A DNA stretch of 64,000 bases. Origin: an uncultured Merdibacter sp. Its GTDB lineage: Bacteria; Bacillota_I; Bacilli_A; Erysipelotrichales; Erysipelotrichaceae. Each line of letters begins with the position of its first letter. Position 1 is the stretch's first letter. Under the pieces are notes generated by a model. The model was not told the DNA's origin. It saw nothing but the letters and a program-made list of their open reading frames with translations, and did not search any database. A program made the translations under genes and the position numbers. The stretch is taken from contig CBCTZR010000001.1 in the NCBI GenBank assembly GCA_965151435.1, forward strand, positions 5,268-69,267, in the 5' to 3' direction. This document shows positions 9,815-19,043 of the stretch, piece by piece.

Positions 9815-10471
9815 CTAACTTCTTTTGATTCCAAAAATGGCATCAAGAGCAGCGTCTGTGGCTGAAGCCCCGCTATTTCCTCCGCCATCTCCACCAACGA
9901 GAGGTTGAACGCCTGATCCAGAAGACGATCCCTTAAACTCAGGGAAAGCTTTCATTACGGCTTCAAACGCTTCTTTAGCCTTATCAGATTGCAGCTTACC
10001 ATCCTGTCCGATTATTCCATTGCGTTCAACCATCTTCAGCAAAAAAGGCATTTTTTCGGCCGATACACCTTCTTTAGCTGCTAGTGAAGTGATTTCTTTA
10101 TCGATGTCAGCATTCTGAATCTGAAGCTTCAATTGTGCATTTTCCTGCTCGATCGTACGCACACGATTCACTTCATCATCATGCTTTTGTCTCTGACTTT
10201 CTTTGTACTGTCGAATGGCTTCAGCGGCTTGTTCGCTGCTTAGTCCTTGCTGCTTAAAATATCCCTGTAAAACTTTATCTTCTGTTCCGGAAGTTCTACG
10301 TGATATCACATCAGCAAGTTGTTCATAATCAATTGAAGATCCTGTCTGTCCGCCAGAAGTGCCTGCAGATCCGCTTCCACCAGATCCTTCACCTCCAGTT
10401 GATCCGTTTGAGCCAGCTCCTCCGTCTTCAGCGAAAAGCTGGATGTCGAGTGAATATAAAAATTTATTCAT
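9815..10471 (-). CDS. Capsid scaffolding protein
   Basis: N-terminal LDIQLFAE motif, Gly-rich linker, coiled coil; immediately upstream of capsid. Confidence 0.85.
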   Translation of the reverse strand: MNKFLYSLDIQLFAEDGGAGSNGSTGGEGSGGSGSAGTSGGQTGSSIDYEQLADVISRRTSGTEDKVLQGYFKQQGLSSEQAAEAIRQYKESQRQKHDDEVNRVRTIEQENAQLKLQIQNADIDKEITSLAAKEGVSAEKMPFLLKMVERNGIIGQDGKLQSDKAKEAFEAVMKAFPEFKGSSSGSGVQPLVGGDGGGNSGASATDAALDAIFGIKRS

Positions 10472-10559
10472 ATATTTCCTCCTGTTTATTCGGGTGTACT
10501 CCCCTATCTGCTTTGCAGACACGCACAGTTTTTTGTCTTATCGTGATTGGACATACTGC

Positions 10560-10739
10560 TTACTTTAAATGGCTGCCAAAGTATGGCAGCTTCCGCTTTG
10601 GCGGATCATTCATCCTGATCACCCTTTCTTCTAGTTGTCTTCCACAAAAAATGCAGGTATCTACCTCCCGGCGGATCCTGCATTGCTGGTTCTTATCAAA
10701 ATATGTTCTATACTGTGTAACGTAGCTATGTTGGCACAT
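10560..10739 (-). CDS. Small Cys-containing hypothetical protein (59 aa; not in ORF track)
   Basis: MCQHSY...CIFCG...; GAGG RBS in end of upstream gene. Confidence 0.55.
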   Translation of the reverse strand: MCQHSYVTQYRTYFDKNQQCRIRREVDTCIFCGRQLEERVIRMNDPPKRKLPYFGSHLK

Positions 10740-10740
10740 C

Positions 10741-11040
10741 TCATGCCTCTATTCGATCAATACCATATTCAACTGCGCATTGGTGCTCGATCCGGCATCC
10801 TCTTGCATCTGCCCATCCTGGTGCGAAATATACCACATCTGCTTGAGCTAATAGTTCTAATGATTTTCCGAGGAACCACAGCGGCTTAGCATCTGCTGGT
10901 GCGCCCTGGAAGAAAGAATCCAATACCTCCACCACGTCATCACATAGGCGCTCGGCCTCTGCGATAGCTTTATTTCTTTCCTTTAGAATATCTTCGTCGC
11001 TTTTGCCTTTCATCGGCTGTGAAATAAATAGTTTTTTCAT
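10741..11040 (-). CDS. DUF4406-like / nucleoside 2-deoxyribosyltransferase-fold protein
   Basis: KLFISQPMKG...ADVVYFAPGWADARGCRIEH motif; GGAGG RBS. Confidence 0.7.
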   Translation of the reverse strand: MKKLFISQPMKGKSDEDILKERNKAIAEAERLCDDVVEVLDSFFQGAPADAKPLWFLGKSLELLAQADVVYFAPGWADARGCRIEHQCAVEYGIDRIEA

Positions 11041-11054
11041 ATTGTCCTCCCACC

Positions 11055-11078
11055 AAAAAAGCGCCCATTTAAGAGCGC
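11055..11078 (-). terminator. Intrinsic terminator after the two small ORFs following the minor capsid gene
   Basis: Minus strand GCGCTC-TTAAAT-GGGCGC-TTTTTT. Confidence 0.6.
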
Positions 11079-11302
11079 TACTCAATAATAAGCATATCTT
11101 CAGGAAGCGGATATTCCTTAATCAGATCCTCATATTCTTCCTGCGTGATCTTGCCGTCTTTCAATAATTGCTTTTGAAATTCCCGTAAACTGATTCTTCT
11201 CTCCATAGTCATCTCAGTGTACTTTACAGTAACGGGTTTCAGCGGCTCATGCAACATCCAGTCCCTTCTATTTTTATACTTTGGTATTTCATAATCAGAC
11301 AT
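11078..11302 (-). CDS. Small hypothetical protein
   Basis: GGAGG RBS before MSDYEIPK; 74 aa. Confidence 0.6.
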   Translation of the reverse strand: MSDYEIPKYKNRRDWMLHEPLKPVTVKYTEMTMERRISLREFQKQLLKDGKITQEEYEDLIKEYPLPEDMLIIE

Positions 11303-11361
11303 CACTTTCTTCCTCCAACTTCCTCTAACCAAATATAAAGATGATTGTTTTACTGTATAAT

Positions 11362-11610
11362 CTAAGGAACCTTGAATCCTTTTTTACGAGCTTCTATCCA
11401 TTGTTCCAAAATTGCCGGGCACCAATCCGGTGCTCCATCAACGATTTTATACGGCTCTTTTAATCTTCCATGTGAATCTTTTTCTAAATATAACAACAAC
11501 AGATACCAGCGATCATGTCCATCATCTTCTTCATCTGATGTCAGCATCTTTGGTTCTTGTTGAGGTTCAACAATTTCATCATCAACAAAAGGTTCGATCT
11601 TTTTTCTCAT
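11362..11610 (-). CDS. Small acidic hypothetical protein (candidate immunity protein)
   Basis: 82 aa ORF starting 10 bp after the minor capsid gene. Confidence 0.6.
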   Translation of the reverse strand: MRKKIEPFVDDEIVEPQQEPKMLTSDEEDDGHDRWYLLLLYLEKDSHGRLKEPYKIVDGAPDWCPAILEQWIEARKKGFKVP

Positions 11611-11620
11611 TGTGTTATTC

Positions 11621-13390
11621 CTACCCTTTCTTTCCTAGCAATATAGACACCACTGTTTTTGTGAATTGATTGCCTCTGCCGGTAAACTCCACATGGCAGC
11701 ATTCTGCCAATCCTTCATCATCTCTGGATGCAGCATATCTGCTTATTGATTTTAATACATCTTGATATGCCACATCATCACCATAACACAATATACTTGC
11801 TTCTTTCAATATGTGAGTAGCTGATATTCCTTTATCCCATACTCTTTCTTGTTCTTTCAAAGGATAATTTTTAGTAATATAGATTCCATCCAGTATATGT
11901 CCTAATTCATGATAAATTACTGTGTCAGCGGTCGTTCCAGGTGCATAAACACCTTTTTTTACGTATTTCTGAATATCTTTTATTAATCTATCAGGATCAC
12001 GATAAAAACTAGGGTTAATAACAAGTGCAAACTCATCATATCTATCTCCTACAGGTGCAATTCCTAAAAGCCCCTTATTAGGTAATAACATAATCTCTTT
12101 TATGGTTCCGTACGTTTCTGGGAAATCATTGTAGATGCCGGCAATCGAATTGAACATATTTTTCATCAAATCATAATCCAATTCTTCTAAGGTAGGAACT
12201 TTTTCTATTTTCAGACTATCCCTTGCATAATTTTCCAGCTTAATATGGTTGTTACTCGTATTTTTTCTATTTGATTTGCTGAAATCCTGAATTTCAAAGC
12301 CCTTTTGCTGCAGATTTTTGTTATGTTTCAGAAGTTTTTCATCCTTCTTTTCCCACTGCTTCTGCCTGTTCTTGGCAACCCGCACATTATTCTCATCCAA
12401 CGAGCCTGCCGCTATGCGCTTCTGCCGTTGGATCTCGCGTTGGCACTTGTTGTGCTCTGCTTGTTCCGGTTCGTTCTCAAGTTTTCCGTCCGAAGAATGG
12501 TCGTTTTGCATGCCTGGGAAGTATGTCGTCGCACGATGCTTGCAGTTTGGATGAAACAGACCGCCGGCAATTGCCTCAGAAAGAAGCGGATAGTCTGTCT
12601 CTTTTGACTCATCTTTCGTACCGCCGGAATATACATCATCCACATATACACGGCCTTGCCACGGAAGACATGTCTCAGAACAACCGCCATAGCGGCTGAT
12701 CCGGACCAGATGCCAGCCATGTTGCTGACGAACATTACCTTCTGAGATCAACACTGCACGCTGATTGGCAGTGCGAATGGCCATTTCAGCATAGCTGGCA
12801 ATGTTGACCAATCGCCCATCATTGTATTTGATGCAATTGATACCGGATCGAAGAAAGTCGCGACTGGCCATATCCACTGCCTGCTGCAGCGTTCCAGCAC
12901 CGGTATTTGTATAAACCTGTGAATTAAATATGATCTTTCGATACTGGTCATTCGTTTTTCTAAGCATCGCATATTCGGCCTTTTCCATGTCTTTTTTCGT
13001 TGCTTTAAGAAGTTCATCCAGTTTAGAGCTATTGATGCGAAAGAAATCTGCATCATCTCTTCCAAGATCATCCATTAGATCTTCAATGGTGGCTTTTGGA
13101 TCAACTGTTTTGCGCAGGATACGCAGTTCCTCAGCTATGGCAGCATTATTGGCATTCTTGCGGATGTAGTCCTTGATCTCTTTGTTGATACGGTTGAATT
13201 GCTTGCTGAACTTTTCCTTATTGGCACGTTCGTATGCCTTCAGAGACTTCAGCTGCTCTTCCTGCCACATGTTCCAACGAAAGCCTTCCTTTTCTTCCTC
13301 AGCGAGATGCCGGCCTAGGTTTCGCTTCATCGATTCGATCAGTTCCAGCTCGATTCGCTCAAATGCCTGCCTTACATCATATTCATTCAT
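11621..13390 (-). CDS. Minor capsid (MuF/Phage_min_cap2-like) protein with C-terminal zincin-like domain
   Basis: CLPWQGRVY...GLFHPNCKH core; C-terminal YHELGH...ISRYA...EGLAE. Confidence 0.85.
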   Translation of the reverse strand: MNEYDVRQAFERIELELIESMKRNLGRHLAEEEKEGFRWNMWQEEQLKSLKAYERANKEKFSKQFNRINKEIKDYIRKNANNAAIAEELRILRKTVDPKATIEDLMDDLGRDDADFFRINSSKLDELLKATKKDMEKAEYAMLRKTNDQYRKIIFNSQVYTNTGAGTLQQAVDMASRDFLRSGINCIKYNDGRLVNIASYAEMAIRTANQRAVLISEGNVRQQHGWHLVRISRYGGCSETCLPWQGRVYVDDVYSGGTKDESKETDYPLLSEAIAGGLFHPNCKHRATTYFPGMQNDHSSDGKLENEPEQAEHNKCQREIQRQKRIAAGSLDENNVRVAKNRQKQWEKKDEKLLKHNKNLQQKGFEIQDFSKSNRKNTSNNHIKLENYARDSLKIEKVPTLEELDYDLMKNMFNSIAGIYNDFPETYGTIKEIMLLPNKGLLGIAPVGDRYDEFALVINPSFYRDPDRLIKDIQKYVKKGVYAPGTTADTVIYHELGHILDGIYITKNYPLKEQERVWDKGISATHILKEASILCYGDDVAYQDVLKSISRYAASRDDEGLAECCHVEFTGRGNQFTKTVVSILLGKKG

Positions 13391-13623
13391 TTGCCAAGGT
13401 TATACACCACAATAAAACCTGCCTTTCGCCATTCTCTGACGGCTTCCAGCAGGTCCTTTCTTGTTGGATACTGATCGTTGCGCGCTTCTGCAGATTCGCC
13501 ATGCTCAAGCGCGATGATCACATTTTTTCCTTTCAGCTTTTGTTTGAGCATCTTGATCGTTGCCTGGTATTGTTTCCTCGGCATATTGTATACATGTCCT
13601 TTAATTGAGTAACGCATTTGCAA
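13387..13623 (-). CDS. Small basic hypothetical protein
   Basis: 78 aa ORF with GGAGG RBS coupled between portal and minor capsid. Confidence 0.6.
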   Translation of the reverse strand: MQMRYSIKGHVYNMPRKQYQATIKMLKQKLKGKNVIIALEHGESAEARNDQYPTRKDLLEAVREWRKAGFIVVYNLGK

Positions 13624-15127
13624 GACCTCCTTCTTTTATATTTTCCAATCCTTCATCTTCAGGTTCTTTTTCAGCAATTCCAAGCTCGTTTTTCAACCGC
13701 TTCACTTCTTCCACTTTCCATTCCTTGTCTTTTGAAGAACCATACAACTCATCCACCAGTGATTCAATACTCATCAGATTGCTAGCCTTGGCTTTACTAA
13801 GTGTCTCGATCAGTGCCTCAAACGATGGACTTGCATATTCACCAAATTTTACTGTTGCCTTGATCTCATCTGGCATGCTTTTTCCAGTAAAAGCGTCATA
13901 TGCCTGGAGTGTGACATTCACCAGTTTTGGCAATACTTTTTCAAGTGCCTCGATGATCATATTGCGTGTGTAAAGAGTTGTTTTCTCCTTTTCACGTTGT
14001 GCATCGGCATTGTCTAGCTTTTTAGTATCAATACCAAGCGTAGATGGACTCATAAAGCCTTGTAGGCATAAATCCAAATACGTGATGTAAGATTCAAGGT
14101 AACTGGATGATGGAATCTCTGGCTGAACAACCTTGATTTCATTCTCTCCACCTTCATTATTGTCGCTGCCAGTTAATATGTATTGATTATCGAAGTCGTT
14201 GGGTGGAATAATCTCTCCTGTATCTGCTTTTCTTGGAGCTAAAACACGCGGAATATACTTTATTGGACGCGAAGACCTTACTGCTACAGCCCATTGGCTG
14301 ATGATCTCGTCCAATGCGTCAAACAGCGTATCCTTTTTATCAATCAAGGACTCTCCTCGTCCTTTCCACTTGCTGGAATTGCGAAAAATTAAAGGTACCG
14401 CTAACATGACAGGTACCTTTTTTGTAGATTTTCCTTTTTCATCTTCTTGGTATCCAAAAAAGCCAATATCTTGCAATTGTGCAGTTTCTTCTAATGTATC
14501 GAGTCCTACTGGATCACCGGAAGCATCGCGTAGCACATACCGAATATACCCCCAACCGTAATGCTCGTAAAGAATATATCGATTACTTCCCTTATGATAC
14601 ATCGTCCGGAAGATCACTTCTTGAAGTCGTCCGCGTTTATACTTGTAATCGATTCGATCACCAGGGAAGAATTCAATGATTGGGCAATCGCTTAATGATG
14701 GATCATTACTGATTTTAAATGCTCCATCACCAACCGTTATTGTTTCATCCACAGCTTCATGGAGCAGACGATTGAAATCATTGTCCCTGCTAATCGTTTC
14801 CCAATCTGTTTCACGTTTATCAAGATTCATTCCATTAAAATCACGACATACGATCGATGTCATGACGTCTACCATCATTCCCGGAAGACCGCTATGGATC
14901 TTACGAATCTTAGTAAGTGGAACAGATGACCAGAACATAGGATTTCCACTACCAGTATTTTTGAAAAATTGTGATAATTCATATGGATCTCCACGCACCC
15001 ACATTCGATTGCGGAATGCATTGCTTTCGAAGTCGTACAATTCCTGGACACGGATATCATGAGCCTGTGCCTTTTCAATCCATAAAAAGTTCCTCAGCTT
15101 TTGACGGATCTTATCTTTAATTTTCAA
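13601..15127 (-). CDS. Portal protein
   Basis: ~508 aa after TerL; A118/SPP1-type features (GFMSPSTLG); TTG start chosen from GGAGG RBS. Confidence 0.85.
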   Translation of the reverse strand: MKIKDKIRQKLRNFLWIEKAQAHDIRVQELYDFESNAFRNRMWVRGDPYELSQFFKNTGSGNPMFWSSVPLTKIRKIHSGLPGMMVDVMTSIVCRDFNGMNLDKRETDWETISRDNDFNRLLHEAVDETITVGDGAFKISNDPSLSDCPIIEFFPGDRIDYKYKRGRLQEVIFRTMYHKGSNRYILYEHYGWGYIRYVLRDASGDPVGLDTLEETAQLQDIGFFGYQEDEKGKSTKKVPVMLAVPLIFRNSSKWKGRGESLIDKKDTLFDALDEIISQWAVAVRSSRPIKYIPRVLAPRKADTGEIIPPNDFDNQYILTGSDNNEGGENEIKVVQPEIPSSSYLESYITYLDLCLQGFMSPSTLGIDTKKLDNADAQREKEKTTLYTRNMIIEALEKVLPKLVNVTLQAYDAFTGKSMPDEIKATVKFGEYASPSFEALIETLSKAKASNLMSIESLVDELYGSSKDKEWKVEEVKRLKNELGIAEKEPEDEGLENIKEGGLANALLN

Positions 15128-16475
15128 CCATATTACCTCCTGTTCCAATCATTTTTTTGTACGGAAGAAAGCCGTACTGGCTCGCGTTGATCGTATGATC
15201 ATTACCATCTTCCGGTTCATATTTATCTTCTTGCCAGCTGTATACATTAAGCTCTCGAATATGGTTTTCGCAATGTTCCAAAATTAAATAATCACAAGTA
15301 CTAAACCAACCCAGTTGAAGATGCAAGCGATCGACTATCTTCATTTTTTTCCAACTGCCTGCGATGCCGTAAACTTTTGGATGTGCAAAAAGATACTTAT
15401 CTGCCTCTGTGATCGTAGCCTGATCGGCCGAATCAATAAAGATGCATTCCGGCATCCCCCATTCTCTTGCGTTACGATCAGCAAATGCAAAAAGCCGCGG
15501 CACTGTGTCGCTTGGTGCCAACGGCTTCGACAGATCTTTATTGTTATAAACGTCTTCGTCCAATATAACAATTTTCTTAGTATTTGTAATTCCTTGAAAA
15601 ATGAATGCTATCGTATCTGGAGATTTGGAGCTGTATGAAGTATCCACACCAACTGAAAACTGGATAAACTTCATTTGTTTGGCTTGCTGCCAAGTAATTA
15701 CATGTTTGTTCTCATCGAAGTTGCTGAAAACAAGACCTGTTGCCCGGCCACGCAATCCTTGGATCTTGTTCTTGTACATCTTAGTTCCAACCGGAACTGC
15801 ATCTATTTTCATCTGAATCTGCTTTGGTGTGAGTGCTGCGTTATCATTGAATGTGAAATACCAATGAATCCAACCTTTTACTGGTTTTTCGCTCAGCATA
15901 TCCAGCAGCTCTTTTGGATAGTCTTTCGAATATCTTCGAAGCGGTCTGCTTCGGTTCAAAAATTCTTTATATACGGGAAGTCCTGGATCATCTGGATTGG
16001 ATGTAGTCATCATGTATTCACAGCGATGGGAGATTTCTCGAAGAAACTCCATATCCGCGATATTGACCTCATCGATATAAACACATCCAACCTGTCCGCC
16101 AAGCACCTTCTGCCAACGCTTTTTATTGTCGTAACCACAGATATAAATGACACGAATGCCTTTATTTGTCTCATATTCTATGTGAGGTAAACGAATCTTT
16201 CCTTTTCCAGATGGGAAATATACAGCAACTATATCAAACTGATCTAGCAAGCCTCTTTCACTGTTGATCACGTTTTTTTCAACTGTTCCAATATCAGCAC
16301 CAGCGATCACATGGTATTTCACATCACTGTTGGCCACTTTGATCATGAATTTACAAATTCCTACCGTAGTTTTACCAGCAGCAGTCGTTCCTTCTAAAAA
16401 TTCTCTCGGTGCGTCAACAGTCAAAAAGTCTCTGAATTTTGGTGAAAGAAGCAACATTGGCTTATTCATATTCAT
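15117..16475 (-). CDS. terL: Terminase large subunit
   Basis: Walker A EGTTAAGKTT, Walker B VYIDE, motif III TSNP, nuclease acidic residues GVDT...IDSA...DGNDH. Confidence 0.93.
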   Translation of the reverse strand: MNMNKPMLLLSPKFRDFLTVDAPREFLEGTTAAGKTTVGICKFMIKVANSDVKYHVIAGADIGTVEKNVINSERGLLDQFDIVAVYFPSGKGKIRLPHIEYETNKGIRVIYICGYDNKKRWQKVLGGQVGCVYIDEVNIADMEFLREISHRCEYMMTTSNPDDPGLPVYKEFLNRSRPLRRYSKDYPKELLDMLSEKPVKGWIHWYFTFNDNAALTPKQIQMKIDAVPVGTKMYKNKIQGLRGRATGLVFSNFDENKHVITWQQAKQMKFIQFSVGVDTSYSSKSPDTIAFIFQGITNTKKIVILDEDVYNNKDLSKPLAPSDTVPRLFAFADRNAREWGMPECIFIDSADQATITEADKYLFAHPKVYGIAGSWKKMKIVDRLHLQLGWFSTCDYLILEHCENHIRELNVYSWQEDKYEPEDGNDHTINASQYGFLPYKKMIGTGGNMVEN

Positions 16476-17214
16476 CCTCTTTCGGAGCGATCATTTGCAT
16501 TGCAATACCAGAAATAGCATCCATTTTTTCTTTGACCTCATCAGATTCAGAATTATCCTCTTCTTCCAACTTCCTCTTCTGAGCCTGGAGAAGTTCCAAA
16601 CGCGCTTTCTGTTCATCAGATGCCATCTCCCAGTTTTTATGCAGCATCTCATCGTACTGTTTGATCATGCTCTCCAACGTTTTCATAGCTCTGCTTTGCG
16701 CTGCCATAAAATTAGCCTGCTTATCCCATGCTTGCTGCACTTCCCACCGTTCTCCTATGACATTTCCGTCCTTTTCTTCGATCTTCTCAACGGTCTTATC
16801 CTGTTGATCACGTACATGCATCAATTTTTGTGCTCGGATAATGGCAGCAAATTGAAGCTTAATGTTATCCCAAAGCAGTTCTAGCAGATCATCCGGCATT
16901 TCATCGATGATCTTAATTGTCTCTTCTGGGAGCCATTTTGAAAAGAAACCGTGCTTCTCTGCATTTTTGTTTCCAGGAGGCCCGGTAGCATTGTGGTGGC
17001 TGTTTGGATTTTTGCCACGACTATATCGTTTATCCGAACGTTCGTTATTTTTTAGCGAACGCTCGCTTTCCAGATCATCCCATTTGTAAGTATATTTCCA
17101 ACGCCTCACTGTTCCTTCCGGCAAGCTGAGTTGACTTGCAATCTCAACCAGCTTCATCCCCTGCAGGTACATGCTGCGCGCTTGATCAACACGATCATCC
17201 GGCTTTCTTGGCAT
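16462..17214 (-). CDS. terS: Terminase small subunit
   Basis: N-terminal HTH (EIASQL...TVRRWK..KWD) and GPPGNKNAEKHG motif; upstream of terL. Confidence 0.88.
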   Translation of the reverse strand: MPRKPDDRVDQARSMYLQGMKLVEIASQLSLPEGTVRRWKYTYKWDDLESERSLKNNERSDKRYSRGKNPNSHHNATGPPGNKNAEKHGFFSKWLPEETIKIIDEMPDDLLELLWDNIKLQFAAIIRAQKLMHVRDQQDKTVEKIEEKDGNVIGERWEVQQAWDKQANFMAAQSRAMKTLESMIKQYDEMLHKNWEMASDEQKARLELLQAQKRKLEEEDNSESDEVKEKMDAISGIAMQMIAPKEDEYE

Positions 17215-17237
17215 TCCATATCACCACCTCCTTTGGC

Positions 17238-17266
17238 AAAATAAAAAGCACCACTCTGGTGCTTTT
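17238..17266 (-). terminator. Terminator-like hairpin in late-operon leader
   Basis: Minus strand AAAAGCACCA-GAG-TGGTGCTTTT-TATTTT just upstream of terS RBS. Confidence 0.55.
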
Positions 17267-17311
17267 AGGGAAAAAGGGATAAGGATGAATATCGCTTGGA
17301 TTTCCCTCCAA

Positions 17312-17360
17312 TTCGACAATATCATGATATCACGGAAAAGGTGTACACCGAGTGTACAAA
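17312..17360 (-). promoter_or_regulatory. Putative activator-dependent late promoter
   Basis: Tandem TGTACAC repeats then TGATATCATGATAT -10-like element at the 3' end of the activator gene, upstream of terS. Confidence 0.45.
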
Positions 17361-17833
17361 TTATGTGATTTTTGATCAAAAATTTTGTTAAGAACTCTTT
17401 CACGAGTCTTTTTTATATTCTCCACAGAGTACCCAGTGATTTCTGCAGCAAGCTCTGCGTTCGTACACTGCTGCACCATTACGTATTGTCGAATCATTGC
17501 TTCCTGGGACGAAGAGCAGACCGTAAGCCAGTGATCAACGCGATCAAGATACATCTCTTCTACTTTCTGCTTATTGCGAAGCTCATGCAGCTTCCCGCTC
17601 CATTCGAGCTGCCAAGGACTTCCAGATCCGCTGCCTTCTGGCATCCGGATCACGCTGCTGCTACAGCTTGGATGCTCCAGTTCTTCCTGGTACCTTTCTT
17701 CCAAATCTCGAATCTGCTCGTCATAACGCTGCCACTCAGACAAGTGCCAATAGTAATTTTTCAGCTCTGATTCTATGTAATTCAGCTGCATCTGCTTCGT
17801 TAGCTTCCTGATCTGCTCTTTCTTCCAATCCAC
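17330..17833 (-). CDS. Late-gene transcriptional activator (RinA/ArpU-like)
   Basis: Last gene before terS; C-terminal sigma-region-4-like HTH (AAEITGYSVENIKKTRERVL). Confidence 0.7.
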   Translation of the reverse strand: MDWKKEQIRKLTKQMQLNYIESELKNYYWHLSEWQRYDEQIRDLEERYQEELEHPSCSSSVIRMPEGSGSGSPWQLEWSGKLHELRNKQKVEEMYLDRVDHWLTVCSSSQEAMIRQYVMVQQCTNAELAAEITGYSVENIKKTRERVLNKIFDQKSHNLYTRCTPFP

Positions 17834-17835
17834 TT

Positions 17836-18006
17836 TTAATCACTCCCATGCGGTTCTTTTAATACTTTATCGAAATAATCATCATCTCTTGTAAATGCTT
17901 CACGAGGGACCTTATCATCAGGTTCCTTTTTGCATTCATGATAAAGCCGGAATGCGGCGCCGATCATTACGATCAGCACCATGCAGGCAATGACTAAGAT
18001 CCACAT
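17836..18006 (-). CDS. Small membrane protein
   Basis: 56 aa, N-terminal hydrophobic helix MWILVIACMVLIVMIG. Confidence 0.55.
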   Translation of the reverse strand: MWILVIACMVLIVMIGAAFRLYHECKKEPDDKVPREAFTRDDDYFDKVLKEPHGSD

Positions 18007-18010
18007 TTTA

Positions 18011-18142
18011 TCAACTCCGTTCACTTATACAAAGAGGAATCAACATTCCTAATAAACACCATACATTACTTGTTAAATAGATTGCATAAGCAACTACCGC
18101 TGCACAAGCAATCCATGCAATTGACTTCTCAATATTTTTCAT
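18011..18142 (-). CDS. Small hydrophobic protein (43 aa; not in ORF track)
   Basis: MKNIEKSIAWIACAAVVAYAIYLTSNVWCLLGMLIPLCISERS; purine-rich RBS; fills gap in operon. Confidence 0.5.
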   Translation of the reverse strand: MKNIEKSIAWIACAAVVAYAIYLTSNVWCLLGMLIPLCISERS

Positions 18143-18158
18143 TCGTTATTTCTTTCTC

Positions 18159-18632
18159 CTAAGTTCTACCTTCTTCGATTAAATCTAATCTTGAAATATC
18201 ATATTCAATTCCGTGCTTCTGACCCAAATACCAAGCATTGAAATCATTGTCCTGTACAAACTTAGATTCTTTGTATTGTAATGTGTCACTTGCCCAAGTT
18301 TTTACTACTTCTGGCACACCGATAACGGCCAGCGCATATTTAGGGTCAACACCATCCATGGACTTTTGAAGCTGATCAGATAATCCTTTAGAAAATCCGC
18401 GCAAATAATCCCTTTTAAATATTCTGAAATCCTTGGTTCCAATGTAACATTCTTTTAAATCAGACAACATGGAATTCAAATAATAAATCAATCCTTGCGC
18501 GACTGGCAGACACATATCGACCAGTTCTTGCAATACATCTTTACATTTATTCACTCTTTCTTTTTGTTTTTGGTCTGTTACTAACGCACTGTTTCTTAGA
18601 TATATTAATGCTTCTTCATATTTATTCCTCAT
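18159..18632 (-). CDS. Hypothetical phage protein
   Basis: 157 aa ORF coupled within early operon. Confidence 0.6.
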   Translation of the reverse strand: MRNKYEEALIYLRNSALVTDQKQKERVNKCKDVLQELVDMCLPVAQGLIYYLNSMLSDLKECYIGTKDFRIFKRDYLRGFSKGLSDQLQKSMDGVDPKYALAVIGVPEVVKTWASDTLQYKESKFVQDNDFNAWYLGQKHGIEYDISRLDLIEEGRT

Positions 18633-18876
18633 GCTCTAGCTTCTCCTTCAAGCCTTTGCAATGACAGTCATAGCAGACAGCGTATCCAAAGCCTACTTCA
18701 TCGTGAATCTTTACCGAAGTATAGCTTTCCCCGTACTTGATTTGCTTTCCGCATTCAGCGCAATTTACCACTTTGTCCATGTCTGTTTCATACATGCTGA
18801 CGTTCCAATCTGAAGGAACTGTATACTTTTCATACTGGTGCGTTTCATAGTTCCATTTTTTCATTATTGTTCTCAT
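18622..18876 (-). CDS. Zinc-finger-like hypothetical protein
   Basis: CAEC...CYDC motifs; AAGGAG RBS. Confidence 0.6.
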   Translation of the reverse strand: MRTIMKKWNYETHQYEKYTVPSDWNVSMYETDMDKVVNCAECGKQIKYGESYTSVKIHDEVGFGYAVCYDCHCKGLKEKLEHEE

Positions 18877-19043
18877 TCCTGATCTCCTTTCTTCGTTTTG
18901 AAAAATACCCTCACTTCGTGGATCGAGCACGTCGTCAACTCGATATCGTTCACCTCACTTTCGACCACGAAGCATGGCTTAGATGATGTAAAGAGGGGTC
19001 CAATACACTTCCTTTCTGCTTTTTTGCCATGAAGTGAAAGCAT
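18873..19043 (-). CDS. Small hypothetical protein (56 aa; not in ORF track)
   Basis: MLSLHGKKAERKC...; overlaps both neighbours (TAATG and ATGA coupling). Confidence 0.5.
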   Translation of the reverse strand: MLSLHGKKAERKCIGPLFTSSKPCFVVESEVNDIELTTCSIHEVRVFFKTKKGDQE

